From contig OZ245366.1 in the NCBI GenBank assembly GCA_965226585.1, positions 768,001 to 832,000 on the forward strand: a DNA stretch of 64,000 nt, written 5' to 3'. Origin of the DNA: Thermodesulfobacteriota bacterium (GTDB lineage Bacteria > Desulfobacterota_D > UBA1144 > Nemesobacterales > Mycalebacteriaceae). Shown piece by piece: positions 57,334 through 64,000 of this stretch; position 1 is the first letter of the stretch; the number at the start of each line of letters is the position of its first letter. Made by a program: the position numbers and the translations under genes. The notes below the pieces were generated by a model, which made no database searches, was not told the DNA's origin, and was given only the letters and a program-made list of their open reading frames with translations.

Positions 57334-58095
57334 TCAGGAAGCGAAGAAGAGAAAAACAGCGGACGCCGCTATGAAAGGGGCAAACGGAAACGGACGCGAG
57401 AAACTCTCCCCGCGTTTTTTCAAGTACACAAATCCGCCCGCCGCCCCGAGAGCGGAAGCGGCAAAAATCACAAGCAGCGCGCCTTCCGCTCCCGTGAAAA
57501 CACCCGCGCCCGTCATAAGTTTCACGTCTCCCATTCCCATTCCGTCTCTTTTCCTTACCGCCCTGTACGCAAGCGCGGCGGCAAGCAGAACCCCTCCGCC
57601 CGCCGCACCGCCGCTAACGGCGCGAGTGAAAGAATCTGCGGGGATTGAAAGCGCGATTCCCGCAACGGCAAACGGCACGGTTATGAAGTCGGGAACCGTC
57701 ATGGTGGTCAAGTCAAAAGCCGATGCGGCTATAAGAGCGTAGAGAAAAATAAAGCATCCCAGCCCGTCAAGCGAGAAGCCGCCCCACTTGACGGCGGCAA
57801 AAGCGGCAAGGGCGCACAGGGTTTCAAGCGCGGGGTACAAAAGCGGAATTTTCTCTCCGCAATCCCGGCACCGTCCGGCGCAGAAAAGAAATCCGGCAAC
57901 CGGAATGTTGAGATAAAACGGAACCGGCTTCCCGCACGTTTCACACGCTGAAGGCGGCGAGATTACGGAAATCCCGCGCGGCACACGCCGGACGCAGACG
58001 CACAGAAAGCTTCCCATCGCTCCGCCCGCAAGAATTGCCGCCGCGGTTGCCAGCGTTTGAAAAAGCGCGGGGAAGGGCGGGGCGAGGCTATCCAT
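57334..58095 (-). CDS. pilD: Prepilin peptidase (A24)
   Basis: GSFL.V...R.P, two CxxC, FD...M.VPD, GMG.GDVKL, PFAPFI. Confidence 0.9.
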   Translation of the reverse strand: MDSLAPPFPALFQTLATAAAILAGGAMGSFLCVCVRRVPRGISVISPPSACETCGKPVPFYLNIPVAGFLFCAGRCRDCGEKIPLLYPALETLCALAAFAAVKWGGFSLDGLGCFIFLYALIAASAFDLTTMTVPDFITVPFAVAGIALSIPADSFTRAVSGGAAGGGVLLAAALAYRAVRKRDGMGMGDVKLMTGAGVFTGAEGALLVIFAASALGAAGGFVYLKKRGESFSRPFPFAPFIAASAVFLFFAS

Positions 58096-60283
58096 TTTTT
58101 CGCGCGCGTTTTCGGGGAGCGGATTTCTCCCGGACTTCATCAAGAGCCCGCAGAAAATGGGAGTTTGTTATCCTGAACGCTTTCCGGCTGTCTTTTATCT
58201 GCTCACTAATGGCAAAGATTGACGCCTTGTCGCACACAAGTTTTATGTCTGCCCCGGACATTCCTTTCATCTTCACGGCAAGCGTTTTGAGGTTCACATT
58301 TTTCGCGAGCGGTTTTTCGCCGTTGTGTATGCGGAGAATTTCCCGTATGCCGCCAAGGTCGGGAAGGGGGATGTTGAATATCAAATCAAATCTGCCCGAG
58401 CGCATCAGGGCGGGGTCAACTATGTCTCTGCGGTTTGTTGCCGCAAGCACCTGCACATCAGACAGTTCCTCTATGCCGTCCATCTCGGCAAGCATCTGGC
58501 TCACAACCTGCCCGGAAACGCGGCTTCCGTCTGACTCGCTTCTGACCGGGGCGAGGGCGTCTATCTCGTCAAAAAAGATTATCGCCGGAGCAACCTGCCG
58601 CGCCTTTGAGAAAACATTTCTTATGGCGCGTTCCGATTCCCCGACATATTTTGAAAGCAGTTCCGCGCCTTTTACGGATATAAAATTAACACCGCACTCA
58701 TTGGCAAGAGCTTTCGCGATGAGGGTTTTCCCCGTTCCCGGCTCGCCGCAAAGCATTATGCCTCGCGGCGGATTTACCCTTGCCGCCTTGTAAAGGTCTT
58801 TATGTTTCAGCGGCAGAATGACAGATTCGTAAAGGGCGTTTTTTATGTCTTTCAGTCCGCCGATGCTTTCAAGTCCGGCTTCCGGTATATCAACCGAGAT
58901 TTCCCTTATGGCAGACGGCTCAACCTCTTTAAGCGCGCCGGTAAAGTTTTCCATTGAGACAACCGGCGCGGGCGCGGCGGCTCCGTTTTTCTTTCCTTTT
59001 TTTCCGGCGCGGATTTTTTTCGCTTCTTCGTAGTCGCCGTCAAAACCTTCAAGGAATTCCCCAAGCGCCTTCATCCCGGACTCCTTGCAAAGCATTTCAA
59101 TGTCTGCTCCGGTGAAGCCGTTTGTCATTTCCGCTATGCGCTGAAAATCAACGTTGTCCGCAAGCGGCATATTCCCGCAATGTATTTTCAAAATCGCGGC
59201 TCTGGAAAGCACATCGGGAACATCAATCACAACCTCTCTGTCAAACCTTCCCGCCCGCCTCAGCGCGGGGTCTATAAGCTCCGGAAGGTTGGTGGCGCCG
59301 ATGACTATAACGTTCTCCTTTTTCTTCAGTCCGTCCATCATCGTGAGAAGCTGGGCGACCACTCTTTTTTCCACCTCTCCGGCAACTTGTTCTCTGCGCG
59401 GCGCGATGGCGTCCAACTCGTCAAGAAAGATAATGGACGGCTGTTTTTTCTCCGCGAGGTCGAAAATCTCGCGTATGCGCGCTTCGCTTTCACCGTAGTG
59501 TTTGTGGATGATTTCGGGACCGTTGACTATTTGGAAGTTCACTCCCGTTTCGTGAATTGCCGCTTTGGCGAGCATGGTTTTTCCGCATCCCGGAGGCCCT
59601 ATGAGAAGAATTCCTCTGGGCGGCTCTATGCCGAGGCTAGAGAAAATTTCGGGAAAACGTATGGGGATTTCAACGATTTCGCGGATTTTGTTTATCTGCT
59701 TTTTAAGTCCGCCTATGCGTCCGTATCCGGTTCCGGCGGTGTCGTCTCCGCTGTTTTCGGGAACTCTCGCTATGCTTATCTCCGTTGTTTTCTCAACGAT
59801 AACCGGGTCGGGTGAGGGCGGAACGGTGCTGATAACGTATATCTCTTCACTCTCTTTTGCCCGCCGCGCCGGTTTTCCGCCGCCGTTCAGCCCCATGCCG
59901 AAACGGTCTCCGGCGTTCAGCGCGAAACCCAGAAGGTTTGAATGAATCGCCTCTTTGCCGTCTCTCTCGTAGAGAACGGTTTTATCCGACACGGCAACGG
60001 TAACGCGCCTGGCGGTTTTGAAGGAAGACCGTCTGATTATCACAAAATCGTTGATTTCGGAACGCGCGTTTTTGCGCGTGAAGGCGTCAATTTCAATGAT
60101 GTTTTCGCTTGTTCCGCCTTCCTCTTCAAGAGGAACAACTCTCGCAACCGTTTTTCTTTTGCCGCCTATCTCTATGGCGTCAAGCGGTTCAAGGCCTAGT
60201 TCGTGCATATTGTTGCGGCTGAGTCTGGCAACGCCTTTGCCCATCTCTTCGCGGTCTATTTCTGAAATTTTGAGCGATATCAT
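58088..60283 (-). CDS. CDC48/VCP family AAA+ ATPase
   Basis: N domain, two AAA modules (GPPGCGKT, GEPGTGKT), YGESE, DPALRR.GRFD, EVEPSAIRE. Confidence 0.9.
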   Translation of the reverse strand: MISLKISEIDREEMGKGVARLSRNNMHELGLEPLDAIEIGGKRKTVARVVPLEEEGGTSENIIEIDAFTRKNARSEINDFVIIRRSSFKTARRVTVAVSDKTVLYERDGKEAIHSNLLGFALNAGDRFGMGLNGGGKPARRAKESEEIYVISTVPPSPDPVIVEKTTEISIARVPENSGDDTAGTGYGRIGGLKKQINKIREIVEIPIRFPEIFSSLGIEPPRGILLIGPPGCGKTMLAKAAIHETGVNFQIVNGPEIIHKHYGESEARIREIFDLAEKKQPSIIFLDELDAIAPRREQVAGEVEKRVVAQLLTMMDGLKKKENVIVIGATNLPELIDPALRRAGRFDREVVIDVPDVLSRAAILKIHCGNMPLADNVDFQRIAEMTNGFTGADIEMLCKESGMKALGEFLEGFDGDYEEAKKIRAGKKGKKNGAAAPAPVVSMENFTGALKEVEPSAIREISVDIPEAGLESIGGLKDIKNALYESVILPLKHKDLYKAARVNPPRGIMLCGEPGTGKTLIAKALANECGVNFISVKGAELLSKYVGESERAIRNVFSKARQVAPAIIFFDEIDALAPVRSESDGSRVSGQVVSQMLAEMDGIEELSDVQVLAATNRRDIVDPALMRSGRFDLIFNIPLPDLGGIREILRIHNGEKPLAKNVNLKTLAVKMKGMSGADIKLVCDKASIFAISEQIKDSRKAFRITNSHFLRALDEVREKSAPRKRARKNG

Positions 60284-60388
60284 CTTCGTGGAAATGATAC
60301 ATCAGAACAGAGAACTGTTAAACCGGCGCGGGCGGAGGGTGTGGGCGCGGTGTTGATTTTTCCCCGTTCTCAATTCACACTTCCAATC

Positions 60389-61504
60389 TTGATAATCAAA
60401 TCCGCATCTCTACGGAACATCAGGTGCTATGCGTCTGAAACCCCGAATTTTCACCCTGATTTCAACCTCATATACGGAGAGAACGGGCAGGGGAAAACAA
60501 ACCTTCTTGAAGCCGTCTATATGCTTTGCAGGTTCAAGCCGATGAGGGGGGTTTCTTCATCGGAGATTGTTCGTTTCGGTGAGAGTTCCGCGCTTCTCAA
60601 AGGCGTGATAGAGAGGGGCTCTCCGCCGTCCGTAACCGATGTGAAGATAGTGTTCGGGCAGGGAGCGGCGGGCAAGAAGGTAGAGATAAACGGCAAAAGA
60701 CCGGCAAGTTTGGCGAAGAAGGCGCTTGATTTTGAAGTGGTGCATTTTACGCCTTCCGAGGTGGAGCTGGCAAAGGGAAGCCCGTCTTTACGGCGCAGGT
60801 ATTTTGACTCAATAATATGCGGTCTTGTGCCGTCACATTTTCAAGACATTCTGGATTTTCAGCGTCTGATGAGGCAGAGGAATTCACTGCTTGCCATGGG
60901 GCATACGGCGGCTTCCGCCGGTATTGAGCCGTGGGACGCTCAGATGGCGGAAACGGGCGGAAGAATTGTTTATAAGCGTTTGCGCCTTGTGAAGAGGATA
61001 AACAGGGAGATAGACGAGATATACAAGGGCATTGGCGGCGCAAACACGGGAGCGCGAGCCATATATGAGCCGTCTTTTGATAATCCCGGCTCCGGGCGGG
61101 GGGAAATAGCGGATTCCATCAAAAAAGCCCTTAAAAGCAGTTTTTCCCGTGATTTGGCGGTAAAACATACATCTGCGGGACCTCACAGAGACAGAATTTC
61201 CCTGCAAATAGGCGGAAAAGACTGTTCCCTGTTTGCTTCTCAGGGTGAAGCCAGAAGTGTTGTTCTTGCCTTGAAGATAGCGGAAATTCGTTTGTATCAG
61301 GAGATAAAGAAGGAAAACCCCGTATTCCTTCTTGATGACATATCGAGCGAGTTGGACGGCAGGCGCAGAAAATTTCTTTTTGACATGCTCCTGGATTATC
61401 CCGGGCAAGTTTTTGTTACCTCCACATCCGCCTCGGATATTCTCTACGAAGGAGAGCGGAAAACTTTTCAAATCAGAGATGGCAAACTTACAGAGAAGGG
61501 CTGA
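60389..61504 (+). CDS. recF: DNA replication and repair protein RecF
   Basis: GENGQGKTNLLEA, P..RR, GPHRD, SQGE, LLDDI.SELD; likely TTG start at 60389. Confidence 0.9.
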   Translation: MIIKSASLRNIRCYASETPNFHPDFNLIYGENGQGKTNLLEAVYMLCRFKPMRGVSSSEIVRFGESSALLKGVIERGSPPSVTDVKIVFGQGAAGKKVEINGKRPASLAKKALDFEVVHFTPSEVELAKGSPSLRRRYFDSIICGLVPSHFQDILDFQRLMRQRNSLLAMGHTAASAGIEPWDAQMAETGGRIVYKRLRLVKRINREIDEIYKGIGGANTGARAIYEPSFDNPGSGRGEIADSIKKALKSSFSRDLAVKHTSAGPHRDRISLQIGGKDCSLFASQGEARSVVLALKIAEIRLYQEIKKENPVFLLDDISSELDGRRRKFLFDMLLDYPGQVFVTSTSASDILYEGERKTFQIRDGKLTEKG

Positions 61505-61583
61505 AAAGATTCGTTCCTTGCCAAACCACTCGTAGATGGAAAATTTCCCCGAAACTGACACGCCAACCGTTCCGAAACCTGTA

Positions 61584-61611
61584 AGTTGACATAAGATACC
61601 TTATCGGACAT
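61584..61611 (-). other. dif-like XerC/XerD recombination site
   Basis: Minus strand ATGTCCGATAA-GGTATC-TTATGTCAACT; 11-6-11 layout; XerD arm matches E. coli TTATGTTAAAT at 9/11; AT-rich intergenic region. Confidence 0.75.
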
Positions 61612-61776
61612 TGTGTATTATCACAAAGCCCGTGTCTTAAAATAGTTAGTCATATCAATCTGATACGCTATATTAATGGCGCATAGTTAAAGTTCAAGTA
61701 TCCTGTTCCAGCCCTGCCTTTCTTGCGTATTCCGGTTTGTTGTGGTTATTCTCACTTCAAAAAGGAGGAGATAATC

Positions 61777-62121
61777 ATGCCTACCATCTTTTCACAGATA
61801 ATAGACCGCGAGATTCCGGCAGACATTGTTTACGAGGACGACATCTGCATTGCCTTCAAGGATGTAAGCCCTCAGGCTCCGGTTCACGTGCTTTTGATAC
61901 CAAAAACGGAGATTGCTTCCCTGAACGACCTGAAAGCGGGACAGCACGAAGGCGTTATGGGGCATTTGATGGTTAAAGTGCCTGAGATTGCCTCAAAAGC
62001 GGGTATTTCAGACGATGGATACAGAATAGTTGCGAATACGGGTAAAAACGGCGGACAGACGGTTTTTCATATACATATTCACATACTTGGCGGCAGGGAA
62101 TTGGAATGGCCGCCGGGGTAA
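61777..62121 (+). CDS. HIT family nucleotide-binding protein (HinT-like)
   Basis: AGGAGG RBS, TIF.QII..EIP, PQAPVH, GQTVFHIHIH.LGGR...WPPG. Confidence 0.9.
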   Translation: MPTIFSQIIDREIPADIVYEDDICIAFKDVSPQAPVHVLLIPKTEIASLNDLKAGQHEGVMGHLMVKVPEIASKAGISDDGYRIVANTGKNGGQTVFHIHIHILGGRELEWPPG

Positions 62122-62180
62122 ACCTTGACCCGTCCACACCGCGCATATACCATTCAACGAGTAAGCCCCGCGAGGTTTGA

Positions 62181-64000
62181 ATGTCTAAACCCTCAACCAT
62201 TCTCATTCTTTTCGCTCTTCTGTCCTCACTTGCCCTGCCAAATCCGGCACACGCTCAATCTTGCCGGATGACTGTCATTTCCCTGATAGGAGAACCGCCG
62301 GCAAGCGATTCCTCTTCTGACTTTGACGTAACAAATTCCTCAGACAGCAACCCCAGCGAATACGCAAGACAACTGGCAAAAGAACTGGAAGCCGGAAACA
62401 TCACCAACGTATTCATAGTCAGGCCGGGCGATGAAGACTACCTCCTCGGCTCCGGCACCGTTACCATAAATTATAAAGTGGCGCAAAACTCCGACTCTTG
62501 CACAAACCTTCGAATAGAAGCAATAGGCAGAGAAGGAGCAAATATAGCAACGGTGTCCGGAGGGAGCGTGGCGTCAGGGGACATTCCGCAGGGAAATATC
62601 GTGTTTCTGGCGACAAACAATGTTTTCGTCAGCCCGACAGGAAGAAACATTAACGCCGCTCAACTGGTGGGAAACGCCACAAATATAGATGTGATTGTCC
62701 AAAACAACTCTGATGTCCGTCTGGGAGTTCAGTCACCGAACGGCGCGGCGGTCTATGCGAGAACCGAAACCGGAAACATCACACTTTCGGGAGACGGCAC
62801 AGGCAATATCTCCTCTCTGAGTGATAACAGTTTCGCCGCCTATCTTGAAGGCGGAATCAACACCTCAATCACCGGAATCAATGTCCGGGCGGAAGGCGAC
62901 AACAGTATTGCGGTTGCCTCGACCGCAACCTTGCTCATTAAAGACGCGAAAGTGGGAACGGGCGGCGCAGACAGCGATGCTATCAGGGCGACCGGGAGTG
63001 TAACAATAGACGGTTCAGTCGTGTCTGCGGATGGTGGGAACAGTTCAGCGGTGAGAGTTATCTATGTCGCGCCGCCGCCCCGCAGTCAGCCCCGCGCTCC
63101 CCATGCGGGCAGGTCGGCATTTTCCGGAAGGGGAAGCGGCGGGGTGGAGTTGAACATTGGAAACGGCTCGGTTGTTTGCGCCGGTGTGGTTTCAGGTTCA
63201 GCCTGCGCGCCGGGCGCGAATGCCTATGCCGTGCGGTTTGAGGCGGCGCACGGCTCAACCGGCAACATCACAACAACAATCGGCGCGGGCGGTTCCGTAA
63301 CGGGAGCGGTATCGCTTTCGGAAAATCATGATGTTGTCTATAACAACGGCTCTTTCACGGGTTCGGGCTCAACCGGAGAAGGCGATGATACGATTGAAAA
63401 CAGGGGAAACTTCACCCTCATCGGCGATTTTGACATGGGGGAAGGCGCGGACGTTTTTGAAAATCTGGAAGGCGGAACGGTTGTCTACGGCGGCGGGGAG
63501 ACGGCGCAGTCCGCCTCCGGTCATTCCACAGCCCCGGGCGGCATTACCCCGTCAGCAAGCGGCGACAGCCGTTTCCGTCTCTCGGCATCGCCCCCTGCTT
63601 CCGCGCCCTCACCCCCCGAAACCCTGACCATCAACTTCGGCGGCGGCGATGACCACTTCATAAACAACGGCACAATCGTAATTGAAGAAACCGGCGGTTT
63701 TAACGGGTTGGAGAAAATAACCTTCGGTGAAAACTCAACCGTAATGGTTGTTACCGCAGATTCTACAGAAATGACAACAGACAAACCCCTCATAGAACTT
63801 GAAGGCGAGATAACCGCAGAGGATGTTAAAGACCTGAACATAAAATTAGCCAACCCTGAAAGACATTCAGACGAATTCGCCCTATTCAGCGAAACCGCCC
63901 TTCCCGATAACGAAGCCGAAAGGCAAGCGGTGTTGAGCATGATAAGCGGCGGTCTTGGTGAAGGCAGTAGCGCGGGGGTGGATTCAAACGGCAATATATT
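62181..64000 (+). CDS. Autotransporter-like adhesin 3 (runs off the window)
   Basis: Manual translation MSKPSTILILFALLSSLALPNPAHAQ...; open to the window end; 63710-64000 closely matches 11430-11720; missing from the ORF track because there is no stop codon. Confidence 0.85.
   Translation, partial: MSKPSTILILFALLSSLALPNPAHAQSCRMTVISLIGEPPASDSSSDFDVTNSSDSNPSEYARQLAKELEAGNITNVFIVRPGDEDYLLGSGTVTINYKVAQNSDSCTNLRIEAIGREGANIATVSGGSVASGDIPQGNIVFLATNNVFVSPTGRNINAAQLVGNATNIDVIVQNNSDVRLGVQSPNGAAVYARTETGNITLSGDGTGNISSLSDNSFAAYLEGGINTSITGINVRAEGDNSIAVASTATLLIKDAKVGTGGADSDAIRATGSVTIDGSVVSADGGNSSAVRVIYVAPPPRSQPRAPHAGRSAFSGRGSGGVELNIGNGSVVCAGVVSGSACAPGANAYAVRFEAAHGSTGNITTTIGAGGSVTGAVSLSENHDVVYNNGSFTGSGSTGEGDDTIENRGNFTLIGDFDMGEGADVFENLEGGTVVYGGGETAQSASGHSTAPGGITPSASGDSRFRLSASPPASAPSPPETLTINFGGGDDHFINNGTIVIEETGGFNGLEKITFGENSTVMVVTADSTEMTTDKPLIELEGEITAEDVKDLNIKLANPERHSDEFALFSETALPDNEAERQAVLSMISGGLGEGSSAGVDSNGNI

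Noticed and set aside
62821..63994. Fragmentary ORFs suggesting a pseudogene
   Set aside because: A single frame from 62181 appears open to the window end; the listed ORFs are off-frame or antisense

Overview
Bacterial chromosomal window of moderate GC, mostly housekeeping genes: glnA, rnc, hom, clpB, recR-ybaB-dnaX-ffs, gatB/gatC/gatA, carA, gshB, ddl, lysA, a heme cluster, obgE, recF and three tRNAs. The gene mix looks like a diderm of deltaproteobacteria-like affinity (possibly Dadabacteria; inference only). Accessory features: (1) three paralogous, mosaic autotransporter-like surface proteins plus a subtilisin lipoprotein with a beta-barrel; (2) a CGTC-type palindromic repeat that forms an intergenic tandem array, brackets two autotransporters and is translated in frame inside both, while the third paralogue keeps only a vestige; (3) an apparently intact acetyl-CoA thiolase fused to ten AT-hook-like motifs; (4) an AT-richer islet with a degenerate HEPN protein carrying an antitoxin-like tail, coupled to RelE; (5) a signal-peptide-bearing ATP-dependent DNA ligase (LigE-like); (6) a HemD-HemE fusion; (7) a CDC48-type ATPase overlapping pilD; (8) a dif-like Xer site next to recF. 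No CRISPR array, transposase or prophage was seen. All calls rest on motif recognition by eye; no database searches were run.
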